Source: a virus
Taxonomy: Duplodnaviria; Caudoviricetes
Reading direction: 5' to 3' (one strand)
IMG/VR virus record: IMGVR_UViG_3300032304_001218
Location: 1 to 58,414 of that record
Length of the DNA stretch: 58,414 nt
How positions within the stretch are numbered: position 1 is the first letter of the stretch; every line of letters starts with the position of its first letter. The notes below the pieces were generated by a model. It saw only the letters and a program-made list of their open reading frames with translations, was not told the origin of the DNA and did not search any database. The position numbers and the translations under genes are program-made. Shown one piece after another: positions 48,134-58,066 of the stretch.

Positions 48134-48571
48134 TCAGTTTATGACCCTATTGTTTTTGTCAAAATTCAATGACATTTTTTCAGTGATGTTGAAAGGTCTG
48201 TAAATTAATTCGACCTGGATACGCATGCCTTGATCCGTGCTGTCTATCTGCACTTCTTGTACAGATATCCTTGGATCATAGTTGACAATAGCTTCCACAT
48301 CCTTGGCTATAATTTCTTTGACATCTGGTGTAAATGGCTCGAATAACATGTCCCAGATCACTGTGCCGAATTCTGGATTTTCTAACTTTTCACCTTTGCG
48401 AATATAAAAATGATTGATCAAATCCTGCTTGACAAGATTGATATCGTATAGTTTGAAATTCTTATTAGCTTCGCTGGAACTGAACCCTTTGTAGGTGTAT
48501 TTGGCCTGATTCTCAGTAACATTAGCCACACTCTGTGCTGCGATTTTTTGATTGTATAGTCTAGTGGCCAT
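48134..48571 (-). CDS. Baseplate wedge subunit (T4 gp25-like)
   Basis: LVKQDLINHFYIRKGEKLENPEFGTVIWDMLFEP...YDPRI, the gp25/GPW signature. Confidence 0.85.
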   Translation of the reverse strand: MATRLYNQKIAAQSVANVTENQAKYTYKGFSSSEANKNFKLYDINLVKQDLINHFYIRKGEKLENPEFGTVIWDMLFEPFTPDVKEIIAKDVEAIVNYDPRISVQEVQIDSTDQGMRIQVELIYRPFNITEKMSLNFDKNNRVIN

Positions 48572-48573
48572 AA

Positions 48574-50187
48574 TTAAGTATTCCTATCTGTTTTATCTGG
48601 TGTCAGTTGGTCTGGTGCTCTATGCTCGTGCAGCGCCCAAGGCTCATGCATAGGTATACGTTTCATAATGCTTTGAACAACACCTGATTGATAACGTTTG
48701 TCCCATCCCACTGTTGTGTTAGTGGCTAGATTGTCTCTGAGATCATACGGTCTTACAAAATCTGCGAATTGTGCAGTTTCTGCATTATTTGGTCCGTTAA
48801 AATTAATTTTACTACCGTTAATTTTAACTTCTGCACTGCTGCCTATACTAATGTCTGCTGTGGAACTGATCTTAGTTTCTGCTCCAGACGCAATGTCCAG
48901 ATCGTTGTTAGTTGAGATTTTAGTCTTGGCTCCTACTAATATATCAAGATTAGCACCCACTGTTAGTTTGGCATCTGCATTGACTAAGAACTCCAGATCA
49001 GTGGCAATTTCTGCATGCCATTTGCCTGATTCAGTTCTCATATTAATGTTTCTGCCTGCTTCAAGATTTATGTCTCGATCAGCACGTATATTAAGATCTT
49101 GTTGAGTATGCACACTGATACTATCTTCAGCATAGATGTCTATCTTGCCATTACTGGTAAGTTCAATCCATGCTGTGCCGCGGGCATTGGCAATGTAGAT
49201 TAGATCTTCTGAATTGTGCATCAGTATCTGATGTCCAGTTCTTGTTCTTACTCTAAAGTATTCACTGGCTGGGATTGTTGCAGATCCGGTAGCACCTTTT
49301 TTCTGGTTAGCAGGATCTAGTAGGTCGATGTATTTTACTGGTCCTTCGGCGGCAGATTTTTCTCTATGAAATCTGTCATTGCCGTCATCCATGACCAGTT
49401 GTGTGCCGCCTAATCTACTCACAGGCACAGTAGCTTGACTATCTGATTTACCTATCTTTTGTTTTTTAGCGGCTGCTCTTCGATCCAGCGGACCGGGTGT
49501 ACTAATACCAAACACCATACTAGGGGCTTCTCGTCTAGGAGATGATGTTGTAAATCCTCTAACATCATCTTCTAACAACCCCTGCTCAAGAAATCTATCT
49601 GCTATGGGGTGAACCACTCTGGCATATTTTTCTGGATCTATTAATTTTAAATCACCGTTGATACGTTTGTTAATCTCAGCTACAGGAAGAGGTAAAGGAT
49701 TACCGTTACCATCTTTCATAGGACCATATCGTTTTTTATCTTCTGCATCTAGACTGTTTACGGTGGATGCAGCTATAGCCGGTACCATATTATTGATATT
49801 TCTACCTGGTACACAGGCAAACCAATATCCAGCAGCTGGATCACCGTTCACGAATAATACCAACACGTTAACTCCTACATCCGGAGGTACAAACCACATA
49901 CCGTAGGATTTTTGCGTGTCGCTGAATCCATCAATAGTAGACTTTGTGCCATCATTGTTGCCCATAAATTCAAAAGGCGTATATCCGAAGAACGGAGATG
50001 CATATTTTACAATAAAAGTCTGACTATCATCTCCTGAAGTATTTGCTTGATCTTTTAACAAATTAACTTCTATAGACCCCATGAATGAAGGATCAAGATG
50101 GCTGACTACTCTTGCCACATATATGCCTGAGGTGAGTCCGCCGGATTTGGCATCTCCTTCTGCTGATGGTCTTGTTATTTCTGCCAT
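48574..50187 (-). CDS. Baseplate central spike (gp5/VgrG-like OB-fold + beta-helix)
   Basis: ARVVSHLDP..GSIEV, GMWFVPPDVGVNVLVLFVNGD OB-fold, RTRTGHQILM, WIELTSNGKIDI and 8-residue beta-helix repeats. Confidence 0.75.
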   Translation of the reverse strand: MAEITRPSAEGDAKSGGLTSGIYVARVVSHLDPSFMGSIEVNLLKDQANTSGDDSQTFIVKYASPFFGYTPFEFMGNNDGTKSTIDGFSDTQKSYGMWFVPPDVGVNVLVLFVNGDPAAGYWFACVPGRNINNMVPAIAASTVNSLDAEDKKRYGPMKDGNGNPLPLPVAEINKRINGDLKLIDPEKYARVVHPIADRFLEQGLLEDDVRGFTTSSPRREAPSMVFGISTPGPLDRRAAAKKQKIGKSDSQATVPVSRLGGTQLVMDDGNDRFHREKSAAEGPVKYIDLLDPANQKKGATGSATIPASEYFRVRTRTGHQILMHNSEDLIYIANARGTAWIELTSNGKIDIYAEDSISVHTQQDLNIRADRDINLEAGRNINMRTESGKWHAEIATDLEFLVNADAKLTVGANLDILVGAKTKISTNNDLDIASGAETKISSTADISIGSSAEVKINGSKINFNGPNNAETAQFADFVRPYDLRDNLATNTTVGWDKRYQSGVVQSIMKRIPMHEPWALHEHRAPDQLTPDKTDRNT

Positions 50188-52712
50188 TATCGTTGTCCTA
50201 GATCTCTATAATATTTGAATCCTACTATCACGGGTGCTTGATTCGAAGTTGTTGTTGTTGCTTTTTTATCTGCTGCTGCTTTGGCTGCTCTTCTCGAAGA
50301 GTTTCTGAGACTATCAGTGGTACGTGCCGAACTAGACGCAGCACCATTATTTGCTGCTGCTGCTCGATTAGTAGGATCGTTGGTAGCATTGCCAGTATTT
50401 CCGGTATACGAGCTTCCGCTATTGGGAGAATTAGATTTTTCTGCAGGCCCGTCTTTTTGTAATGCAGGACTGTTTTCTTTGGATATCGAAGCTGTAGTCT
50501 CTCCAGTCACAGTTTCATTTATCTCAGGTCCTTGTGGTCCAGGCATGCGTAATAGTTTAAGTTTCTGTTTCCACATTCCGTCAGCGAATGTGTTTTCACA
50601 CATGTTGACTCGGTAAAGGCCGCCGAACGGACTTTCTTTACCAGCTATAGAAAAATCATATAGGCCTGTGGTAGTGTTGATATCTGCTGGGGTTCTAAAT
50701 GAAATGTACACGTAGATATTGCCACTTTCATAATTCATTGTCCCGTCGTTAGTGATTTGCGATATAGGGCTCGCAGCCTTAGAGAAATAATTTGCACTTC
50801 CGCTGTCTACTAGCCAATAAGGATCTCCCAGTATTTCCAATGTAACAGTAACCATGTCAGCACTACTACCAGTAATAAATGCTCGTTGGAAATTTTCAGC
50901 AACTATTTGTTCGCTGCTTTTATCGTCTGATCCTCCCTTAGAACCTTCTAGCGCCTTGGGGTCTCGTAGCGTTCTTGCACGGCCGGCTTGAGCTGATTGA
51001 ACTGATGGGGCCGGACCTTCACCCGTCTTGTAAGTGGTATTGGTAACTTCTGCATTTTTCTGATCTTGATTTGCAGTTTTAGCGGATTCATGTTGAGCCT
51101 TGGGATCAGTGGAAACGAAAAACATATTATTGATTTCAATAGCTAGGCTGAGAACATCTACATTTTGTCCTGTATAAATGTATTGATATTCTTTCACTAC
51201 CGATTTCATTAATTCCTGATATCCTATTGGGGCTGAAGTAGCATTTGAAAAAATACTCTGATGAGTAAGATATGGCACTACCCTGTAAGTAATTCTTTTA
51301 GCATAATCTCCAGTGGTTTTATCAAAATCTAACATTTCTATTTGGACATCTAGTTTATACCATTGAATATACCCTGCAGGTAATAACTTGTTAGGTTCAA
51401 TAGCTTTTTTTGCCCAATCAGAACTAAGGATCACTTGATTTATAATTGCTGTCAAGGTTTGCTTTTGTCCGAACTGGAAAGCACGAGTTTTTGGGTCGAT
51501 GACCATACCATCTCTCTTTAACACACCTGTGGCTTCATCAAATGTATCACCTGCACGTTTGAACAAAGGATTACCACCTTTTAACTGATCGAATCCCATG
51601 CTACCAGCAGCAATAACATTCTGGTCTCCCTGAGGTTGAGATGCACTATTACTCTGCACAGTGGATCTAGATGTGATCGCCTTTAACACAGCACGGTTTG
51701 TACTGTCTGGCACTGCATCAAGATTAATAGTGGCTTTGTTATCTGTGTTGGTAACTGCTGAAGACTTCCAATCACTGGCCTGAATAGGGAATTGTATAAC
51801 ATATTGGTCAGGAATTTTAATTTTCTTTTCGGCAACTAATTTAGCTTCGTTAGCGTTAAGGTGGGCCACTAGGCTCCCTGGTCCGCTGGCCAGCATTTCA
51901 TATACATTTTCTCCGAATAGTTTTACATCGCTATAGCTGGTATTAATAACGTCCGAAAATCCTGTGTGATTCAGTGGTATAGCTTCTACCTTGTACACTG
52001 ACCCGCTTTCATTGACTGTGAACTTGGTAGAGATCAGTTTCATCACAAAGAACTTGGGTTTGATCACAGTAAGCTCTATGCCTCTATCGTCATAGCCTTG
52101 AATATCCATTCGTAAAACATATGGCGTAATATTAAGATAACTATCGTAACCTGCATTAGTAGCTGCTACCTGCATGCTTTGTAATAAAAGACCCATAGAA
52201 TGTGGTTCAATAATATCAAAGGAAAACTTTATAGCATTGCTATTTCCACTTTTCTCATTGGAACCAACTAGAGTGTTCATGACAAAATTGTTGATATAGT
52301 ATTCTGGCACCCCATAAAAAGTGTTTACACGCTGGTTATCAAATCTGCCGCCGCTGGAAAAAATAATATTGGTCAAGTCAGCAGGACTGTTTCTATACGT
52401 TTCTGGATTGTTAAATTGTTGAGGAGTCAAACAAGCCATGGTCCACAACACGTTCATAGATGCAAACTGCTCCATGGGATTAGGAACTAGTGCTGGTAAA
52501 TTTTTAACAAAGGCTGCTGTTGTGGTTTTTGAAGTTGGTACTTGATTGCTTTTTCCATCTTTCAATCGCGTAGACGGTTTGTAATATGTTTGATTAGTGA
52601 TATCTTCCGCGGTGCCTATGGGAATAGCACTAGCGCTAGGGTCTGACCTAACAACACTACCGTCTGGTTTAAATACCAGCTCTTGACCCTCAGGGACGAA
52701 TCTTGATGCCAT
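50187..52712 (-). CDS. Putative baseplate hub protein (gp27/gpD-like)
   Basis: Lies between gp53-like and gp5-like genes; C-terminal LEILGDPYWL...GLYRVNMCENTFADG..KQKLKLLR is typical of hub proteins. Confidence 0.55.
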   Translation of the reverse strand: MASRFVPEGQELVFKPDGSVVRSDPSASAIPIGTAEDITNQTYYKPSTRLKDGKSNQVPTSKTTTAAFVKNLPALVPNPMEQFASMNVLWTMACLTPQQFNNPETYRNSPADLTNIIFSSGGRFDNQRVNTFYGVPEYYINNFVMNTLVGSNEKSGNSNAIKFSFDIIEPHSMGLLLQSMQVAATNAGYDSYLNITPYVLRMDIQGYDDRGIELTVIKPKFFVMKLISTKFTVNESGSVYKVEAIPLNHTGFSDVINTSYSDVKLFGENVYEMLASGPGSLVAHLNANEAKLVAEKKIKIPDQYVIQFPIQASDWKSSAVTNTDNKATINLDAVPDSTNRAVLKAITSRSTVQSNSASQPQGDQNVIAAGSMGFDQLKGGNPLFKRAGDTFDEATGVLKRDGMVIDPKTRAFQFGQKQTLTAIINQVILSSDWAKKAIEPNKLLPAGYIQWYKLDVQIEMLDFDKTTGDYAKRITYRVVPYLTHQSIFSNATSAPIGYQELMKSVVKEYQYIYTGQNVDVLSLAIEINNMFFVSTDPKAQHESAKTANQDQKNAEVTNTTYKTGEGPAPSVQSAQAGRARTLRDPKALEGSKGGSDDKSSEQIVAENFQRAFITGSSADMVTVTLEILGDPYWLVDSGSANYFSKAASPISQITNDGTMNYESGNIYVYISFRTPADINTTTGLYDFSIAGKESPFGGLYRVNMCENTFADGMWKQKLKLLRMPGPQGPEINETVTGETTASISKENSPALQKDGPAEKSNSPNSGSSYTGNTGNATNDPTNRAAAANNGAASSSARTTDSLRNSSRRAAKAAADKKATTTTSNQAPVIVGFKYYRDLGQR

Positions 52713-53012
52713 TTATACTCCTAGAAACTTTTGGAGGTTGGTCTTTTTAGGCAGATATATCACTGTGCCTGGTTCAAAATCATAGATTGGATCTTTAAGC
52801 ACAGTCATATTACGTTGCACGAATACCCACCATAGTTTGGCACTGCCGTATGTATCATATGCCAGCAGGTCAGGTCGGTGACGATATTGATTTTCTATAA
52901 CATATCTGAAATCATCAGATTCTGCAGGCACGGGTCTTATCTCTAGTAGATCAAGATAAAAATTATTTTGTCGAGTATTTGCATACGGACTGTTCTTTGA
53001 ATATTTGGCCAT
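52713..53012 (-). CDS. Baseplate wedge subunit (T4 gp53-like, LysM-like)
   Basis: RPDLLAYDTYGSAKLWWVF...DPIYDFEPGTVIYLP. Confidence 0.8.
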   Translation of the reverse strand: MAKYSKNSPYANTRQNNFYLDLLEIRPVPAESDDFRYVIENQYRHRPDLLAYDTYGSAKLWWVFVQRNMTVLKDPIYDFEPGTVIYLPKKTNLQKFLGV

Positions 53013-54319
53013 TAGATGTATCCTACATTACCTTCACCGTTGGCTTCAGCAAGTCTGCCACGAGCGTAATCTTGTATATCAAACTTTCTTAACATATCTC
53101 TACTATACACAGGAGCAACTATGACTGATATAGTGCTTAACACTGGTACCCAAGTTCTAGTTTTATAAGTATCGCAGAGAATGTAATTGACATCGTCTTT
53201 GAGATCTACTGAAAAACTTTTTATAATAATAGGTGTTCTATCAAACACGCTGGCACCGTATCCAGTAAGATTACATACTATAGGAGGGTTGCCTGCATTA
53301 TCTCCTTGACCAAAAAACATCTTAGTAGCTGTTTTAAAAAATGTAGTAGCGGCAATCCAATATGCGGCGTCTGTTTCTGTTTCGCAGCTGAATTCGCCGC
53401 TGATCTGTATGTCGTCTACCACACTATTTTTGTAATTATATTGTGTGTAGTTACTGTGTACAGTATTGACTGCATTGTATTCAGCTTTAGTGGTTACCGT
53501 GATATTTGGCAGGTACGGCCAAACCACTCCACCAGTATCCTTGAGTCTATCAAACATTGCGCTGTTGAATATGTTCCAATTACAAGTGATCCGTACTCTC
53601 CAATCGTCTTTGCTTCCTGGCTGTAGCTGTATGGCTTGACCTTGACTGGCAAATACCTCTGCCCCTTTGGGAATGTTTGCTCCTCGCTTGAGGCTAAGTA
53701 AGTTATTGAGCATACCGGCAGCTGCACTGATGCCACCAGCAGCTTTCATTAACCCGCCTGCAAGATTGCCGCCAGTGAGTTTGTTTATTGTTCCGGATAT
53801 ATCTGCTGCTATGTTGCTGGTTGATCCTGCTACAGATCTCAGAGTATCCACACCGCCGCCTGCTTTACTTTGTACAACATTATTGATGCCCATAGCCGAA
53901 TTACCGTCAAACTTAGAACCACCACTCATGCCATTTAATCCAGATCCGATGTCGCCTGAACGTTCTGCACTTAGCTTGTCGAGTTTTTCTTTGGCCTGTG
54001 GTGAAACTTGGTTTGGCAAAGTAGCTTGTGATTGGTTGGTATCTTGGCTTATCTTTTCTGAAATACCTGCCACTAGAGTTGAGAAGGGAGCTAGGGGATT
54101 ACTGTTTGGACCGGAGGAAGGACCTCCGCCTAGAAGGCCGAATTCTCTTGCTAATCTTTCTCCCTCGGCCCGTTGCTCTGGTGTACTAGCAGTATTGTTG
54201 ATTGGGCGACCAAATCGATCCGTTGATGCGATTTCTTCATCAGTGCGGGAGCGATAATTTTTCTTTTGACTTTGTTCAACACGCTGTTTAGGAGATTGGG
54301 GGTATGTCTGAAGAGTCAT
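53012..54319 (-). CDS. Putative tail-tube initiator / baseplate cap (gp48/gp54-like) with low-complexity N-terminus
   Basis: C-terminal VVWPYLPNIT..IQISGEF..NPPIVCNL..IIKSFSVD tube-like domain; first gene of the baseplate block. Confidence 0.5.
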   Translation of the reverse strand: MTLQTYPQSPKQRVEQSQKKNYRSRTDEEIASTDRFGRPINNTASTPEQRAEGERLAREFGLLGGGPSSGPNSNPLAPFSTLVAGISEKISQDTNQSQATLPNQVSPQAKEKLDKLSAERSGDIGSGLNGMSGGSKFDGNSAMGINNVVQSKAGGGVDTLRSVAGSTSNIAADISGTINKLTGGNLAGGLMKAAGGISAAAGMLNNLLSLKRGANIPKGAEVFASQGQAIQLQPGSKDDWRVRITCNWNIFNSAMFDRLKDTGGVVWPYLPNITVTTKAEYNAVNTVHSNYTQYNYKNSVVDDIQISGEFSCETETDAAYWIAATTFFKTATKMFFGQGDNAGNPPIVCNLTGYGASVFDRTPIIIKSFSVDLKDDVNYILCDTYKTRTWVPVLSTISVIVAPVYSRDMLRKFDIQDYARGRLAEANGEGNVGYI

Positions 54320-54347
54320 TTTGAGCAGATTTCCTTGTCATATACAC

Positions 54348-54355
54348 TATTTATT
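54348..54355 (-). promoter_or_regulatory. T4-like late promoter (AATAAATA) heading the baseplate block
   Basis: TAAATA core in the divergent intergenic region, followed by an AAGGA RBS. Confidence 0.6.
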
Positions 54356-54367
54356 ATAGAAAAAATG

Positions 54368-54376
54368 TGCTATTAT
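54368..54376 (+). promoter_or_regulatory. Possible extended -10 host promoter for the late sigma gene
   Basis: TG-C-TATTAT upstream of a GGAG RBS and TTG start; no clear -35. Confidence 0.35.
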
Positions 54377-54400
54377 ATAACTAACCTTGGAGAATACTAA

Positions 54401-55246
54401 TTGACAATTGTACCTAAAATCAAGTATCTAACTAACAAAGATCTACTGAGAGAGATACACCTCAGCAAAAATACCTACTGTAGTTTCACCGACCCCGCAT
54501 ACGGCGACTACGATCTTATTGTTACAAACTTGGAAAAGCTGAACATACGCACCATAGCAGAAGCCAAAAGAAACCGAGCAGCAAAAATGGCTAAAGCTGC
54601 GCACGAATCGGCTGTGACCGCGGCTGGCAAAAAAATGCCGGCAAAGGAATTTGAAGTGGATTATCGCAAGGTGCAGAAGCAGGACCTAGTGTTTCGGGTA
54701 ATGACCTTCACTCACGTGCCACTAGCGCCGGGGCGCAAGAAGACTCTCAAGAACACCGCTGACAGTCATGACAAGGTCAACTTTCCACCGTTTCAGCATT
54801 GGAAATATGATGCTAACGATAATCTAGTATGCGTGGGCAAGAGTCATTGGCAGGGAGATCTCAATCAAGGAAAATTCTCCAAGGATCATGGTCAAATGAC
54901 CAACAATCTAGCTCGTATGTTCATTAAGCTCTGTGAAAGATATGCCACTCGTGGCAACGTCAGGGGCTACACCTACAATGATGAAATGAAAGGGCAAGCT
55001 ATACTTCAACTAACTCAAATAGGACTACAATTCGATGAAAGCAAATCTGATAATCCTTTTGCCTACTATACTGCTGCTGTTACTAATTCATTCGTTAGAA
55101 TTATCAACCTGGAGAAACGTAATCAAAACATTCGAGACGACATTCTTGAAATGAACGGTATGAATCCAAGTTGGACACGACAAAATAGTGGCGGTAATGG
55201 AGGCGTCGCTCCTGTTGCCAACGTCAATACCAGTGATTGGGATTGA
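54401..55246 (+). CDS. Late transcription sigma factor (T4 gp55-like)
   Basis: YLTNKDLL N-terminus and NVRGYTYNDEM...QFDESKSDNPFAYYT..NSFVRIINLEK core. Located before gp47/gp46, as in T4-like phages. TTG start with a GGAG RBS. Confidence 0.85.
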   Translation: MTIVPKIKYLTNKDLLREIHLSKNTYCSFTDPAYGDYDLIVTNLEKLNIRTIAEAKRNRAAKMAKAAHESAVTAAGKKMPAKEFEVDYRKVQKQDLVFRVMTFTHVPLAPGRKKTLKNTADSHDKVNFPPFQHWKYDANDNLVCVGKSHWQGDLNQGKFSKDHGQMTNNLARMFIKLCERYATRGNVRGYTYNDEMKGQAILQLTQIGLQFDESKSDNPFAYYTAAVTNSFVRIINLEKRNQNIRDDILEMNGMNPSWTRQNSGGNGGVAPVANVNTSDWD

Positions 55247-55271
55247 CAGTTATTTGCTAGCATAATATAAT
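55243..55271 (+). promoter_or_regulatory. Perfect-consensus sigma70 promoter
   Basis: TTGACA (55243-55248), 17 bp, TATAAT (55266-55271); ATG 6 nt downstream. Confidence 0.8.
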
Positions 55272-55277
55272 AACACT

Positions 55278-56288
55278 ATGAATCTATTCAAGAAAGTAGC
55301 CTGCTTCACTGACATACATTTTGGTCTCAAGTCAGGTAGTAGAACGCACAACACTGACTGCGAAGAATTTGTCAATTGGTTCTGTGACACAGCTCGAGAA
55401 CAGGGCTGTGAAACTGCCATATTCCTAGGTGATTGGCATCACAATAGAAGCACCACTGATGTCAGCACTATGAATTACACTGTGAGTAATTTAGAAAAAC
55501 TCAGCCAGAGTTTTGAACGGGTTTACTTCATCTTAGGCAATCACGATCTATTCTACAAAGACAAACGAGAAATTAACTCTGTGGAATTCATGCGTCTATT
55601 TCCTAATGTAGTACCTATTAAAGAAACACTCACAGAAGGCAATGTTACAATCATGCCTTGGTTGGTAGGCGAGGAGTGGCGTGATATTCCCAAACTCAAA
55701 AGCCGTTATATATTCGGTCATTTAGAGTTACCGTTGTTCTATATGAATGCCATGGTACAGATGCCGGACCACGGACAATTACAAGCAGAACATTTTACTA
55801 ATCAAGAATATGTATTCAGCGGTCACTTCCACAAACGCCAGACCAAAGGCAATGTTACCTACATAGGCAACGCATTCCCACATAACTATGCTGATGCAGG
55901 TGACGACGATCGTGGAATGATGATATTAGAGTGGGGATCAACACCTCAATATTTAACTTGGCCAGGGCAGCCGGTATATCGCACATACAAACTCAGCGAA
56001 ATCATTGATCGACCGGATCAGTTGTTGCGAGAAAAAATGCACTGCCGTGTGACTATCGATCTGCCTATTACTTTTGAAGAAGCTAATTTTATCAAAGAAC
56101 AATTTGTTCCTCAGTATAAACTGCGTGAACTGATGCTGATTCCAGAAAAAGTAGACATAGAAACCAATGTTGCTCCGATCGATATAAATTTTGAATCTGT
56201 AGATACAATAGTAATGAATCAGATCAATGCCATTGACAGCGAAAACTATGACAAATCACTACTGTTAAACATATATCAACACCTATGA
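55278..56288 (+). CDS. Recombination endonuclease subunit (T4 gp47 / Mre11 / SbcD-like)
   Basis: Metallophosphoesterase motifs DIHFG, LGDWHH, GNHD, GHLE and SGHFH. Confidence 0.9.
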   Translation: MNLFKKVACFTDIHFGLKSGSRTHNTDCEEFVNWFCDTAREQGCETAIFLGDWHHNRSTTDVSTMNYTVSNLEKLSQSFERVYFILGNHDLFYKDKREINSVEFMRLFPNVVPIKETLTEGNVTIMPWLVGEEWRDIPKLKSRYIFGHLELPLFYMNAMVQMPDHGQLQAEHFTNQEYVFSGHFHKRQTKGNVTYIGNAFPHNYADAGDDDRGMMILEWGSTPQYLTWPGQPVYRTYKLSEIIDRPDQLLREKMHCRVTIDLPITFEEANFIKEQFVPQYKLRELMLIPEKVDIETNVAPIDINFESVDTIVMNQINAIDSENYDKSLLLNIYQHL

Positions 56289-58066
56289 CAATTAAGATAA
56301 AAAATCTAACCGTTCGCAACTTTATGAGCGTGGGAGCTCAAACCCAGGCCATAGACTTTGATCGCGGCCAACTAACTTTAGTATTAGGTGAGAATCTAGA
56401 TCTAGGTGGTGATGATTCCGGTGCTAGGAATGGTACAGGCAAGACTACTATCATCAACGGTCTCAGCTATGCTATTTACGGTCAAGCACTGACTAATATT
56501 AAACGTGACAACTTGATCAATAAGATCAACGGCAAAGGTATGTTAACCACAGTGACCTTCGACAAGGACGGTGTTGAATATCACATCGAACGTGGTCGTA
56601 AACCTAATATATTAAAATTTTCTATCAACGGCCAAGAACAGCAACTAGCAGATCTCGATGAAAGTCAAGGTGACAGCAGAGAAACACAAAAAGCCATTGA
56701 AGAAATGATTTCCATGAAACACGAAATGTTCAAACATCTTGTGGCGTTGAATACGTATACAGAGCCGTTTCTCAGCATGAAGGCTGCAGAACAACGTGCT
56801 ATAATTGAACAACTGTTGGGAATCACTCTGCTAAGTGAAAAGGCTGAAGCTCTCAAGGAGCAGATTAAATTAACCAAAGAAGCAGTGGCTACAGAAAATA
56901 CTAGAATAGAGACTGTGAAAGCCAGTAATGAACGAATACAACAAAGCATAGAGTCGTTGATCCGTAAACAGAAGATGTGGGAAGAACAGAAAGAGACTGC
57001 CCTGACTAATTTGCTCAAGAGTATCGATCGACTCAGCGACATTGATATTGATGTTGAGATTGCTAACCAACGTGCATTAATTGAGTGGAGCAAAAACAAC
57101 AAAGATAAAAATTCTTTGGTATCGTTGATAGCCAAACAAACGTCTGCAGTTGAAAAAGAACAGCGAACTTTAGAAAAATTAGAAAACGAACTCATTTCGT
57201 TGGCTGAGCACAAATGTCATAGTTGTGGTCAAGAAGTACATGACGAAAAATACGAATCCATGATGGCTGGTAAAGTCAAACAAGTAAAAGATTCTAGAGA
57301 TAATGTAGGTGTGCTAGAAAAAGAACTTGCTGATCTCAAAGAAGCGTTAGATCTGTTAGGTGTGTTAGGCGTGTGTCCTGAGGTTATATACGACAGTCTA
57401 GAGCAGGCACTCAACCATAAAAACACACTGAGTAGTCTAGAACGTGATATTACTATCAAAACTGCTGAAGAAAATCCCTATGATGATCAGATTATTGAAC
57501 TCAAAGAAACCGCAGTACAAGAGATAGACTGGAACAGTCTCAATGATCTAGTACGTGTGAAAGATCATCAGGAGTTCTTGCACAAGTTATTGACCAATAA
57601 AGATAGTTTCGTTCGCAAACGAATAATAGATCAGAATCTTGCATTCTTGAATCAACGATTGACCTACTACTTGGACAAAATTGGCCTACCTCATACTGTG
57701 GAGTTTCAGAACGATCTCACTGTGATTATCACACAGCTGGGGCAGGATTTAGACTTTGACAATCTAAGCCGTGGCGAGCGTAACAGACTGATCCTATCCT
57801 TGTCGTGGGCATTCCGAGATGTGTGGGAGAATCTCTATCACAGCATTAATCTTCTGTTCATTGATGAATTAGTAGATTCTGGAATGGATGCATCGGGTGT
57901 AGAATCCAGTATTGCTGTTCTGAAAAAGATGACTCGTGAGCGTGATAAGAATGTATTCCTAATTAGTCATCGTGATGACCTAACTAGCAGGGTAAATCAC
58001 GTACTGAAAGTGATTAAAGAAAATGGATTTACCAGTTACAGCAATGATGTAGAGATCGTAGCATGA
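56285..58066 (+). CDS. Recombination ATPase subunit (T4 gp46 / Rad50 / SbcC-like)
   Basis: NFMSVG, Walker A NGTGKTT, coiled coils with a CHSC zinc hook, signature LSRGE, Walker B LLFIDE and ISH loop. Confidence 0.9.
   Translation: MTIKIKNLTVRNFMSVGAQTQAIDFDRGQLTLVLGENLDLGGDDSGARNGTGKTTIINGLSYAIYGQALTNIKRDNLINKINGKGMLTTVTFDKDGVEYHIERGRKPNILKFSINGQEQQLADLDESQGDSRETQKAIEEMISMKHEMFKHLVALNTYTEPFLSMKAAEQRAIIEQLLGITLLSEKAEALKEQIKLTKEAVATENTRIETVKASNERIQQSIESLIRKQKMWEEQKETALTNLLKSIDRLSDIDIDVEIANQRALIEWSKNNKDKNSLVSLIAKQTSAVEKEQRTLEKLENELISLAEHKCHSCGQEVHDEKYESMMAGKVKQVKDSRDNVGVLEKELADLKEALDLLGVLGVCPEVIYDSLEQALNHKNTLSSLERDITIKTAEENPYDDQIIELKETAVQEIDWNSLNDLVRVKDHQEFLHKLLTNKDSFVRKRIIDQNLAFLNQRLTYYLDKIGLPHTVEFQNDLTVIITQLGQDLDFDNLSRGERNRLILSLSWAFRDVWENLYHSINLLFIDELVDSGMDASGVESSIAVLKKMTRERDKNVFLISHRDDLTSRVNHVLKVIKENGFTSYSNDVEIVA

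Noticed and set aside
20268-54257. Numerous 60-200 aa plus-strand ORFs opposite the structural genes (e.g. 24667..25143, 53667..54257)
   Set aside because: They are antisense shadows of long minus-strand genes, with no RBS or recognisable motifs.
57760-57790. LSRGE in place of the ABC signature LSGGE/Q as a sign of an inactive gp46
   Set aside because: Phage gp46 proteins tolerate variation here (T4 has FSEGE), and all other ATPase motifs and the zinc hook are intact.
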